From positions 1 through 37,728 of the forward strand of contig JAWOCD010000003.1 of NCBI GenBank assembly GCA_046483985.1: a stretch of 37,728 nucleotides of DNA. Reading direction: 5' to 3'. Shown piece after piece: positions 28,814-37,728 of this stretch. The translations under genes were made by a program, and so were the position numbers. Positions within the stretch are counted from its first letter, which is position 1, and the number at the start of each line of letters is the position of its first letter. The DNA comes from Promethearchaeia archaeon. GTDB taxonomy: Archaea; Asgardarchaeota; Lokiarchaeia; Sigyniarchaeales; SOKP01. Below the pieces are notes generated by a model. The model had not been told where the DNA came from and did not search any database. It saw nothing but the letters and a program-made list of their open reading frames with translations.

Positions 28814-30618
28814 TATGCTCGTTCCTCCACCTTTAAGGTTTTATATAATTTTCTATACATTCCTTCTTGGTTAAGCAATTCTTCATGCGTCCCAAGCTGA
28901 GCAATCTCCCCATTGTCGAGAATCAGAATCCTGTCTGCGTGTCGCACTGAACTTAATCGATGCGTAATTAAAAATGTGGTAGTATTTTCAAACATCTCCT
29001 CGAAGTTTTTTTGTATCTCGTACTCCGTATCTACATCTACACTTGCAGTTGCGTCATCAAGGATAAGGATTTTCGGCTTAATAGCAAAAGCCCGGGCAAT
29101 TGCTATCCGTTGTTTTTGCCCGCCAGATAACGTTGTTCCACGTTCACCTACCTTTGTCTGATATTCTTTTGGAAGTTCTTGTTCGATAAATTCATCAATA
29201 TTAGACACCCATGCTGCATGCCTTACATCTTCAAATGCAATACAGCGGTTACCGAATGCAATATTATCTCGAATGGAACGTGAAAAAAGATGTCGTTCTT
29301 GGGAGACAAACCCGATTTGTTTTCGAAGGGAATTAAAGGTAACATTCTTAATATCGATTCCGTCAATTAAGATTTCTCCCTCGTCCACATCATAAAATCG
29401 CGGTATTAATTGGACTAAGGCAGATTTACCAGACCCTGTTGCTCCCAAGATAGCAATCGTTTCTCCAGGTTTTACTGTAAGATTAATATCTTTAAGGACA
29501 TGGTATTCACTATCTGAAGTAAAAGAAAAGTATACATGCTTAAATTCAATTTTTCCCTTAATAGGGGGCATTTCCATAGCGTCCTCCTTTTCTTTCACAA
29601 TAATTTCAGAGTTTAAAATATTTGTTAATCTCTTGGCGGTTTCTGTAATTTGAGGCATATTTCCTAAAAATCGACTTATAAAATAAAGAGGCTCAATGCT
29701 AAAGTTCATAACCAAGACGAATGCGAACAATTGTCCGAAGGTCATGTTTCCATCAATAACAAATAAACCTCCCACTAAAAGAACGACCAAAAATGCAATA
29801 TTATCAAGTAAATATATAATTGGATCGAATGTGGCTTGTAATTTGATTATATCCATACTATCTTCATAATATTCGTCGTTCACGTACTTAAACAAGTCGA
29901 TTTCGTGGTCTTCTCTGGCAAATGATTTGACCACTTTTATCCCTTGAACATTTTCTTGGATTCGGTTGGTAACGTCAGCATAGGTTTCCCTTGATTTCTT
30001 ATATATTGGCCTCATTTTTTTCCGAAATGTTAATAGTGTATAGAAAAGAAAGGGAGAAATTAAAACAACATAAAATGCCAATTGCGCATTAATAATAAAT
30101 AAAATAATATAACTAAATACAAAAGTGGCAGATTGGCGTATAAAAAATTGCAGATCATTTGCAAGAAATTGTTTTAAATTATTTAGATCTGAGGTGGTTC
30201 GACTAATCAGTTCTCCAGATTTATTTTCATCAAGCCATTTAAAACTCATTAACTGTATTGTAAGAAATAAATCATTTCGCAGATTATAAATAACTTTACT
30301 GCCAACCCATCGATTAAGATAAATCCGTAAGGTAAATAAGGCGGCAACAACACTTTGAATGGTTATAATTAATAGAAAAATAGGAAATACTTCGTTAATG
30401 TTTCGATTTGGATTGACCAATATATCTAACGCGGGACTAAGAAATAAGGGTAAGGTTAAGAATAAAATTGATTGTACAATCCCGAACACTATTATAAAAG
30501 TGAAGAGTTTCCGGTAATCCCAGATATAAGAAAGGATTTGTTTTAAACTAGATCTATATTCTTTATGCAAGAACTTTTCTCTTCTTTTGAGAAATTTTTC
30601 TCGATACTCTAAACTCAT
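28813..30618 (-). CDS. Heterodimeric ABC exporter subunit (TMD-NBD), TM287-like
   Basis: GATGSGKS, LSGGQ, degenerate Walker B LDDATA; stop/start overlap with the partner; ATG at 30618 preferred over TTG 30663. Confidence 0.92.
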   Translation of the reverse strand: MSLEYREKFLKRREKFLHKEYRSSLKQILSYIWDYRKLFTFIIVFGIVQSILFLTLPLFLSPALDILVNPNRNINEVFPIFLLIITIQSVVAALFTLRIYLNRWVGSKVIYNLRNDLFLTIQLMSFKWLDENKSGELISRTTSDLNNLKQFLANDLQFFIRQSATFVFSYIILFIINAQLAFYVVLISPFLFYTLLTFRKKMRPIYKKSRETYADVTNRIQENVQGIKVVKSFAREDHEIDLFKYVNDEYYEDSMDIIKLQATFDPIIYLLDNIAFLVVLLVGGLFVIDGNMTFGQLFAFVLVMNFSIEPLYFISRFLGNMPQITETAKRLTNILNSEIIVKEKEDAMEMPPIKGKIEFKHVYFSFTSDSEYHVLKDINLTVKPGETIAILGATGSGKSALVQLIPRFYDVDEGEILIDGIDIKNVTFNSLRKQIGFVSQERHLFSRSIRDNIAFGNRCIAFEDVRHAAWVSNIDEFIEQELPKEYQTKVGERGTTLSGGQKQRIAIARAFAIKPKILILDDATASVDVDTEYEIQKNFEEMFENTTTFLITHRLSSVRHADRILILDNGEIAQLGTHEELLNQEGMYRKLYKTLKVEERA

Positions 30619-30686
30619 TGAGAAATAAAATTTTTGACTGAAAAAATATTTTTTTATCTTCAAAAATAAGTAATTAGGCTCTGAGC

Positions 30687-31772
30687 TTAGAAAAAGTTTC
30701 CTTTGAAAAAATTTAGAACAAATTTTGTTGCTAACAACTTTAAGTTGGACGTTAAGCTCGCAGCCACGCTGCAGCCCAATCTACAGTGATTGCAAAAACT
30801 ATACTGATCTTGATTGTGTATAATTTCTCTGACTTCTCGGGTGTTATAAATCATATTTAAGGGATATTTAAAAGCATCAATTTCTAATAAGGGATGTAAT
30901 TTACATGGCAATTTAATTTGTCCATCATGACTTATAAACAATAATGTCTTCGCAGAGTTACACCGTAGGATATCTTGATAAAAGTCCGGGTATCCTCCTA
31001 ATCCGCCTTGTTCCACTAACTTTACACTATAAGGATCGGTGATAATATTATCAAACTTTTTCCTTAATTCTGTTATTTTTAAAGCCCATAAATGTAAATC
31101 TGGTACCCTCTCTTTCAAACTTGTAATTTGACATATCGTGTCGTTGATTTCACGGATGACATTCTCGCAAGGAAATAGTTCTATTGAACAATCTAACCGT
31201 TCTGCTAACTCACAGATCTCATCCAATTGATCAATGTTATCCTTCATAACTACTGTGGAAATGATTACTTTAATATCCCGCTGGTTAGCAATTTGGATCA
31301 TTTCAATTACTTTCTCAAATACATCTATCCCCCTGATCTTATTATGTTGTTCTGCTGTGGGATAATCTAACGATGTTAAAATATAATCTAATCCGTCAAA
31401 ACTATATTTTTTAAAGAGTTCCGGCATTAAGTATCCGTTTGTCGCAATTCCATTGATAAAATTATGGGTAATCCCCGTATGATAGATGATTTCAGGGAGA
31501 TCTTCCCGTAATGTGGGTTCGCCCCCAGTAAACGTTAATGTATTTACCCCGAGTTCTGCTAGTTGGTCGATTATAAATTTTACTTGTTTTGTACTCATAT
31601 CTTCCCCTAGTAAATTATTCGGGATTGATTGAATGGAACAGAAGGGACATTTTGCATTACATTGAAGGGTTAATTCAATTTGGGAGGTATAGGGAATATT
31701 TCTAGGGGTAAAAGTATTTAATGCGAAATTCTTAAAGTAACGTAAATAATTTTTTATTCTGAATTGAGGAAT
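30687..31772 (-). CDS. Radical SAM protein with C-terminal Cys (SPASM/twitch-like) domain; ATT start
   Basis: The frame is open 58 codons upstream of the track start and includes ELTLQCNAKCPFC (CxxxCxxC); TGGEP; C-terminal C..C..CNHCRLGC. ATT at 31772 follows an in-frame TAA and lies 7 nt after GAGGT. Confidence 0.88.
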   Translation of the reverse strand: MPQFRIKNYLRYFKNFALNTFTPRNIPYTSQIELTLQCNAKCPFCSIQSIPNNLLGEDMSTKQVKFIIDQLAELGVNTLTFTGGEPTLREDLPEIIYHTGITHNFINGIATNGYLMPELFKKYSFDGLDYILTSLDYPTAEQHNKIRGIDVFEKVIEMIQIANQRDIKVIISTVVMKDNIDQLDEICELAERLDCSIELFPCENVIREINDTICQITSLKERVPDLHLWALKITELRKKFDNIITDPYSVKLVEQGGLGGYPDFYQDILRCNSAKTLLFISHDGQIKLPCKLHPLLEIDAFKYPLNMIYNTREVREIIHNQDQYSFCNHCRLGCSVAASLTSNLKLLATKFVLNFFKGNFF

Positions 31773-31932
31773 TTACTTGACCTCATAATGATTTATTCTG
31801 AGTCTAAAATAATGAAATCTAAATAGTTAAATCTAAAAATAAATAAAAGCTTTAACTCCTAACCCAAATTTCCTCTATTTATATGTTCAATAAATCTCAA
31901 AACTTTTTACGGTGGAAATAGATAAATGTTCC

Positions 31933-32736
31933 TTATTCGGGAATAGATGCCACTGCCCTAATCCATCCTGCACTTGCTTTCTTAATTTTAATCGGAAAAC
32001 AATACATGGTTGCTCCCGTTGCTGGAACTTTGTCAAGGTTTGTTAGTTTTTCTATTTGAAAATAGCCGAGTTCTCTTCCCGCAAAATGCCCTTCCCAAAT
32101 TATAGACGGGTCGGGATTACCACTTTTTATTCCTTTTTTCCACTTTTCCGCAGTTATAGAGAAAGGAGCATCCCAAGACCACGCATCAGTTCCTACAATA
32201 TGAACCCCCTTTTTTAAGATATGAAGGGTGGCATCTCTTCCGACTCCGACACCGTGATTTATGTATTCCTTAGTGCCGAAGAACTTTTCCTTGATAGTAT
32301 GGATGCAAACAATATCTCCCTTCGTTAGGTTATAGTCAATTTCTTCTAATTTTGAATCAATATCTTCGGCTCTTAAAACATATCCATCATCCAAGTTGGT
32401 ATAATCTAACACGACAAGGGGTCCAACACACCATTCCAAGGGAATCTCATCGATTGTTAGAGCCTCTCTCTCACCAATCTCTTTATCTTGGACGGGACCA
32501 AAATGATATGGTGCGTCCATATGCGTACCGCTATGCGTACTTAACGTGATCTTTTCGGTAGCCCATCCTTTACCATCGGGCAAATGCTCTTCTGGCTCTA
32601 GTTTCCAGAAAATAAATTGCATTTGCTCGGCTCCCTCTTCGTGGGAGGTATACTCAATTTTGGGCTGCGTTAAGGGCGGATCAAAGACCAATTCATTGGG
32701 ATCAATTATCGGGATACTTAAATCTATAAATTTCAT
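31933..32736 (-). CDS. Cyclase family metal-dependent hydrolase (kynurenine formamidase-like)
   Basis: HSGTHMDAP.H, VGTDAWSWD, QIEKLTNL. Confidence 0.9.
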   Translation of the reverse strand: MKFIDLSIPIIDPNELVFDPPLTQPKIEYTSHEEGAEQMQFIFWKLEPEEHLPDGKGWATEKITLSTHSGTHMDAPYHFGPVQDKEIGEREALTIDEIPLEWCVGPLVVLDYTNLDDGYVLRAEDIDSKLEEIDYNLTKGDIVCIHTIKEKFFGTKEYINHGVGVGRDATLHILKKGVHIVGTDAWSWDAPFSITAEKWKKGIKSGNPDPSIIWEGHFAGRELGYFQIEKLTNLDKVPATGATMYCFPIKIKKASAGWIRAVASIPE

Positions 32737-32812
32737 AATATAAAATATCCCATCAGAATATTTAAGCTTAACAAAAGAAAATCCTAAAAAATAAAATAGA
32801 TATGAAAAAAAT

Positions 32813-33658
32813 TTAGACAGGTATATCTCTTTTATTGAATATAATAATTGAGATAACTAAAATTATAAGAGAATAACCTGCCAATACCAACATATTCCAC
32901 CATACATCCTCCCAAATATGATCCACTAACAAATCACTGGTTTGAAAATAATAAAACGGACTGAAATATTTTAAAAAATCCACCTCATCTCCGAATGATT
33001 CGTAATAGGTTCCTATTGCATAGAAAAAAACGAATACCCCCATACTCAAAGCTAACGCTCTTTTTGTTTCAGAGAAGGAAGCGAATAACATACTTGTGCT
33101 GATTAAAGACACTAAGAATAAAAACAACCAGAAGAAAGCCAGTATTAATTCATCGTAATATACATCTGCAGGATCAATATTGGGTAACCAGAAGGTATTT
33201 AAAATGACAGTAACCGCTACTATTACAGTAATATACCCAGCAGCAAAGACTTGATATAAATATTTTCCAATAAAAAATTCCCAACGTTTAATGGGTTTTG
33301 ATAAGGTTACATCTATAGTCTTCTGTTCGATTTCTCGAGGTATATCTTGGGAAGAACGAATAATAATATATATTCCAAAATATAACCACGATAGAGTAAA
33401 AACGTAGATATTCATAAATCCTCCAAATTCCGTAAGGATAAGTTGTCCACCGACCATTTGCTGTAAGCCTTCTGGGTAATTCTCAAGGATGTCTGAAAAT
33501 TCACCGAACAAGTCGGGATCGAAAATAGTTTCATACCAAAACATAAGTAAGGCAATCAATACCGCGGTAAGCGTTAATCGTTTGAATGAATATTTAAGTT
33601 CTTTCCAAGCGATTTTCAAAAATTTTAATTTTTCTCCGAGAAAACTTACAATTCCCAT
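32813..33658 (-). CDS. ABC-2 type transporter permease
   Basis: REIEQKTIDVTLSKPIKRWEFFIGK, LKYFSPFYY, FNKRDI. Confidence 0.88.
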   Translation of the reverse strand: MGIVSFLGEKLKFLKIAWKELKYSFKRLTLTAVLIALLMFWYETIFDPDLFGEFSDILENYPEGLQQMVGGQLILTEFGGFMNIYVFTLSWLYFGIYIIIRSSQDIPREIEQKTIDVTLSKPIKRWEFFIGKYLYQVFAAGYITVIVAVTVILNTFWLPNIDPADVYYDELILAFFWLFLFLVSLISTSMLFASFSETKRALALSMGVFVFFYAIGTYYESFGDEVDFLKYFSPFYYFQTSDLLVDHIWEDVWWNMLVLAGYSLIILVISIIIFNKRDIPV

Positions 33659-33660
33659 TC

Positions 33661-34605
33661 TCATTTCCCTCCTTGAGAGTTTTTATAAAATTCCATAAAA
33701 ACATTTTCTAAACTGGAATGCTTTATGCTAAAGTCCCGGATGGGCTTTCCAGCCCATTTTTCTTCACTGAGGTCCTTCATAAGTTCCCTCGTCTTCTCAG
33801 ATTCTAAAAGAAATATCATCTGGGTACCGAATCTTTGTTTAATTTGAGCATTTGGATAGGCGTTTTTCAAAAACGTATCAAATTCATGGGCGCCGCTTTT
33901 ATTATGAAATATCAATTCAATATGTTTCAAACTCTTTGCTTTTAGATTATGTACGCTTGAGATTTCAGCAATTTTTCCCTTGCGGATAATGGCAACTTGG
34001 TCACAGAACTTTTCCACTTCTGGTAACACATGGCTGGAGACAAATACAGTGCAGTTTGATGTTCTCTGACGCTCTGCAACGATTTTATAGAATTCCGATT
34101 GCATCAACGGGTCCAAGCCCGAAGTGGGCTCATCCATAATTAATATTTTAAATTTTCCCATTAATGCGGTTAATACACCGACCTTTTGCTTGTTGCCTTT
34201 ACTCAGATTTCCAATTTTTCTTTCCATTGCAATTTCTAATCGTTCTGCTACCTCATAGACAAAATCCCAGTCAATATCAATGTCATAGAGTTTAGCAAAA
34301 TATCTGACTAATTTATTCGGGCTCATATATTTATAGAGCCCCAGTTCGCCGGGCAAATATCCAATTTGATTTCTAATTGAAACATCTTTCGTCGGTATTA
34401 TTTTATTTCCAAAAAATTTTATTTCTCCCGCATCTGGATGGAGAAGGCCTAGAAGGCAACGAATTGTTGTGGTCTTCCCTGCTCCATTTGGTCCAAGGAA
34501 TCCGAATCGAGCGCCTTCTGGGACCTTAAATGAAATCCCATTAACCGCCTTCACTTTTCCTCTATCATAATACTTTTTGAGATTATTAACTTCAATAGCA
34601 ATCAT
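33661..34605 (-). CDS. ABC transporter ATP-binding protein
   Basis: GPNGAGKTT, LSKGNKQK, MDEPTSGLDP, SSH. Confidence 0.93.
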   Translation of the reverse strand: MIAIEVNNLKKYYDRGKVKAVNGISFKVPEGARFGFLGPNGAGKTTTIRCLLGLLHPDAGEIKFFGNKIIPTKDVSIRNQIGYLPGELGLYKYMSPNKLVRYFAKLYDIDIDWDFVYEVAERLEIAMERKIGNLSKGNKQKVGVLTALMGKFKILIMDEPTSGLDPLMQSEFYKIVAERQRTSNCTVFVSSHVLPEVEKFCDQVAIIRKGKIAEISSVHNLKAKSLKHIELIFHNKSGAHEFDTFLKNAYPNAQIKQRFGTQMIFLLESEKTRELMKDLSEEKWAGKPIRDFSIKHSSLENVFMEFYKNSQGGK

Positions 34606-34792
34606 CTTAAACTTCTCCTTTTATTTCAAATAAAAATGAAAAATCCCTACATGATACATAAGCATTCTAAATTTAAATTTGAACTGAAATTGCAGAATTA
34701 TGACTCAAAGATTTGCAAAAATTTCAAACCGCAAATATATTTTTTCTTTTCGATTAAAATTAAAATTCTTAGAAATCTATATAATTATTATA

Positions 34793-35719
34793 ATGAAAAA
34801 ATATGGAGCTTATTGGCATAACTATGTCTTTGATATGGATCCTGAAAGCATAGAAGAAACAATAACAGAACGGGACATCTATTCAAACAACACAAGAATT
34901 CACCTAAACATATTTGATAATGAACATAAAAATTATTTAGATACTGTCCTTTTCATTCACGGAACAGCGGTCTATAGTCGCTTTTATGCAGAATTCCTTT
35001 ATCATCTTTACGAGAAAGGCTATCGAATTGTGGCTCCCGATATGGTGGGTCATGGCTTAAGTGCGGGTGAACGTGGTCATTTTACGATGAAAGAATATCT
35101 TCGTGTTGTTACTGATGTAATAGATTTCATTCAAGAGCATTATGAGGGAAAAATCGTAATTATGGGCTCATCCTTAGGGGGAATAACTAGTCTCTATGCT
35201 ATAGCTAAGGAGGATGCTCGATTAAGTGGCGCCATTTGTCACAATGCAGCTCTATTAAATGAAAAGGCTTATAAAAAAATAGTGAAGGTAAAGGGTGTAT
35301 TGAAGCTTTTCAAACCCTTGGTCCCATTTTTTGCAAAAATTGCGCCCAAACTCAAAATTAGCGTGTGGACTTATTTAGATCCTTACGAGTTGGCCAGCTC
35401 GGATAAATTTTTAAACACTATTGATAAATTTCTAGAAGATCCTTTATTGGCTGATAAGTATACCCTTACGGCAATTAGAACTCAGATGAGATCCCCACTT
35501 CCAAAACCTCTCGAAGATATTACCAGTCCCGTCATGATTATTGATGGAGAAGAAGACGTTTTATTCTCAGTAAACTATATGTCGGAGATCTATGAACGTT
35601 TGACATGCTCAAAAAAAAGGTTGGAAATTATCCCAAAAGCTTCTCATCTCATCCTTCAAGAGCACATTAATGAAACCTTAGGACGAGTTACTCCGTTTTT
35701 GGAAGGCATCTTTTCGTGA
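34793..35719 (+). CDS. Alpha/beta hydrolase, lysophospholipase/monoacylglycerol lipase-like
   Basis: FIHG, DMVGHGLSAGERG, GSSLGG nucleophile elbow, GEED, H near the C-terminus; start at MKKYG. Confidence 0.88.
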   Translation: MKKYGAYWHNYVFDMDPESIEETITERDIYSNNTRIHLNIFDNEHKNYLDTVLFIHGTAVYSRFYAEFLYHLYEKGYRIVAPDMVGHGLSAGERGHFTMKEYLRVVTDVIDFIQEHYEGKIVIMGSSLGGITSLYAIAKEDARLSGAICHNAALLNEKAYKKIVKVKGVLKLFKPLVPFFAKIAPKLKISVWTYLDPYELASSDKFLNTIDKFLEDPLLADKYTLTAIRTQMRSPLPKPLEDITSPVMIIDGEEDVLFSVNYMSEIYERLTCSKKRLEIIPKASHLILQEHINETLGRVTPFLEGIFS

Positions 35720-35803
35720 AGACATTTTATTGATAATCTCTGGTGTCGTATGTTAGGAATTTTATTGACAAAATATTTTATTAACAAAATACTAAAAATT
35801 ATT

Positions 35804-36442
35804 ATGGAATTAGAGATAATTATTCAATTAATTTTTATCGCCTTAGGAATGGTAGTCCTAAGCAGAATTTTTAACAGAATATTCGGTTTAAGCCCGGACA
35901 AAATGAAAGGTATGCGAGAAAAGGCTCAAAATTTGCAGGAGCGGATCCGTAATGCTCAAACAATGGGAGATCCCCAGATGATGCACGATTTACAAGTTGA
36001 ATCTCAAGAATTGATGAAAGACATGGCAAAAAGGCAGTTTCTCCCAATGTGTATTCGCTGTATTATCTTTTTGGGAATTTTCTCAGTTATTGGTTTGATT
36101 TATGGACAATATGATGGATGGTTCTGGGTTTATTTTATCTCTTCATTAGTATTTTCGTTTTCAGCAATGGGCTTACGGTATGCATATAGGAAAATTACTG
36201 GAAAAGAGAAAAAATCGAGAGGAATCGGCGAATTAATGAATATGATGTCACCCACCCAACAAGATTTCTCACAAGGAATTCAAATTCCTACACAGAATAC
36301 GCGCCAAAAAGATGGAACTGCTCAACCCTCTTGGAAGGAGCGCCTTAATTCAAACAGAGTAATTGATATAACGGATCATTTGCCCGAAGAAGAACAAGTT
36401 TCTCAAGACGAAGCGGATGAAGACCAGGAGCAAAAGGAATAA
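35804..36442 (+). CDS. DUF106/EMC3/TMCO1 (Oxa1 superfamily) membrane protein
   Basis: TM1, then a Met/Gln-rich coiled-coil hairpin (MKGMREKAQNLQ...GDPQMM..LQ.E..ELM), QFLPM-TM2 and WFWVYFISSLVFS TM3. Confidence 0.75.
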   Translation: MELEIIIQLIFIALGMVVLSRIFNRIFGLSPDKMKGMREKAQNLQERIRNAQTMGDPQMMHDLQVESQELMKDMAKRQFLPMCIRCIIFLGIFSVIGLIYGQYDGWFWVYFISSLVFSFSAMGLRYAYRKITGKEKKSRGIGELMNMMSPTQQDFSQGIQIPTQNTRQKDGTAQPSWKERLNSNRVIDITDHLPEEEQVSQDEADEDQEQKE

Positions 36443-36492
36443 GTACCAACAAATAAATAACATTTATTAATTTTAACCACATCTCAGAAATT

Positions 36493-36789
36493 ATGAAAAG
36501 AAAAAAATATCTTCTTTTAAACATACTCTTTATTGCGATCTCAATTGCTTTTCTTATCCTTTCTTTTATGTTCAAAACCTTCTTTTTTCTTCCCATTTTA
36601 TGTTGTCTTCCGTTTACGTGTTCATCTGGATATTTCGCTGATACAGAACAAAAGAAACCCGGTTTTATCCGAACGGAATATCCAAAACAACAAGTTTGTC
36701 CGTATTGTAAGGAAATTATTGAACAACCCGATGCGAAATACTGTTATCACTGTGGAGCCAAATTGAAGGCAAAGGGGGAAGAAAAGTAA
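36493..36789 (+). CDS. Membrane-anchored zinc-ribbon protein
   Basis: N-terminal hydrophobic segment; CPYC...KYCYHCGAKL. Confidence 0.75.
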   Translation: MKRKKYLLLNILFIAISIAFLILSFMFKTFFFLPILCCLPFTCSSGYFADTEQKKPGFIRTEYPKQQVCPYCKEIIEQPDAKYCYHCGAKLKAKGEEK

Positions 36790-37313
36790 TGAAAAAAGAG
36801 GAGAAAACAAGAGACATTAAGAAAGAGCCTAGACCAATAGAGCGAGAACAAGGTAAAAGCCTCGAAAAGCAAGTAATTTTATACTTTACTTTTGCGGCAT
36901 GTATGATCTTGTTGAATTATGCAATTCAAAAAACAAATGAAATCTTTATATCTATTTGGGTATGTCAAAACCTAGGGGATATAACCGTAATCCAAGAGTT
37001 TTATTGCGCAACTCAGCCGTATGATATGACAGAGTTAGTCGGCTCGATTGGTGCAGTTGCAATTACCTATATTGTTAAATTTACGTTGGATAAATTTATC
37101 GTTTTTGAGAAAAAAACAATAGAATTGAAGGAAACATCCCAAGAATTTTTCAAATACTTTGGATTCGCGATTCTCACCACTATTGAAAATATAGGGATTC
37201 AGTTCATTTTAACTAACTTTTTGAACACTCCCATAGAAATAAGTATTTTTGTGGCGCTTTCCATCGGATATTCCACCAAATTTTTATTAGATCGAAAATA
37301 TGTTTTTTCTTAA
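36789..37313 (+). CDS. GtrA-like membrane protein
   Basis: Four TM with internal repeat KFTLDKFIVF / KFLLDRKYVF and FFKY, typical of GtrA. Confidence 0.8.
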   Translation: MKKEEKTRDIKKEPRPIEREQGKSLEKQVILYFTFAACMILLNYAIQKTNEIFISIWVCQNLGDITVIQEFYCATQPYDMTELVGSIGAVAITYIVKFTLDKFIVFEKKTIELKETSQEFFKYFGFAILTTIENIGIQFILTNFLNTPIEISIFVALSIGYSTKFLLDRKYVFS

Positions 37314-37509
37314 TCGCTTTTCTCTGACCGTCTCTGAATAGTTCTTGCTTTCACCTTTACGATTTTCTAATAACTTTTTACTTAATTAAAACTGAATTAA
37401 AAACGAAGTTTTTAATAACTATTTTTTCATCATATCATCATAGTTCGGCAAGGAAACCACCGCTTTGTTAGAGCAAAAAAACGTGAAAGAAAAAACTTTT
37501 TAACGATCT

Positions 37510-37552
37510 GCGAAAGAAGTCCCCATCCCTTTAGGGAGGGGATGAATTTCGT
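37510..37552 (+). mobile_element. IS200/IS605 left-end hairpin
   Basis: GCGAAAGAAG-TCCCCATCCC-TTTA-GGGAGGGGA-TGAATTTCGT, ~60 nt upstream of the tnpA ATG. Confidence 0.8.
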
Positions 37553-37613
37553 ATATTATACAAACATTTTTATATTTGGTTTTTGGTATTATCTTAGTAA
37601 CCAAGTGAATAGA

Positions 37614-37728
37614 ATGGGATACGAACTTGATAAAGGTGCTCATTCGGTGTATTCATTAAACTACCATTACATCTGTTGTGTAAAATATCGAAGAAAGATA
37701 TTCGATACCAATGAAATAATCAATAGAT
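37614..37728 (+). CDS. tnpA: IS200/IS605 Y1 (HUH) transposase, 5' part cut by the window edge
   Basis: MGYELDKGAHSVYSLNYHYICCVKYRRKIFDTNEIINR matches the TnpA N-terminal H.VY.L.YH....KYRRK motif. Confidence 0.9.
   Translation, partial: MGYELDKGAHSVYSLNYHYICCVKYRRKIFDTNEIINR

Noticed and set aside
5505-36810. Many short ORFs antisense or alt-frame within larger genes (e.g. 5505, 8930, 18456, 23821, 25661, 27927, 36533)
   Set aside because: Shadow ORFs overlapping well-supported genes, with no recognisable motifs.
1-37728. CRISPR array, tRNA or rRNA
   Set aside because: No regularly spaced repeat-spacer units or recognisable structural RNA genes seen by eye.

Overview
Low-GC archaeal chromosomal segment. 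It encodes TFB, an archaeal thiolase/DUF35 pair, a DUF106 protein and many zinc ribbons; GGAGGT/GAGGTGA ribosome-binding sites and gene style suggest an Asgard archaeon, probably Lokiarchaeia (inference). Most genes are metabolic or transport: SLC13/ArsB permease, GPH sugar transporter, LarA plus FAD oxidase, GH38 mannosidase, a double-SIS isomerase, a GlpA-like three-gene cassette, two ABC systems, radical SAM, cyclase, alpha/beta hydrolase and GtrA. The standout is a 777-aa protein (22208-24541) that appears to combine a SelB/EF-Tu-like GTPase plus domain II, miniaturised EF-G-like domains III-V and a YqgF-type RNase H-fold nuclease with its acidic triad intact. It lies downstream of a dual-specificity phosphatase and an AbiEii-like nucleotidyltransferase and is a candidate undescribed ribosome/RNA-processing system. 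Also seen: two genes that apparently start at ATT (one missing from the ORF track), scattered IS200/IS605-type TTTA-loop hairpins with a tnpA start at the right edge, and a decayed proline dehydrogenase gene split by a ~130-bp IS-derived insert. All domain calls are by motif recognition only; no searches were run.
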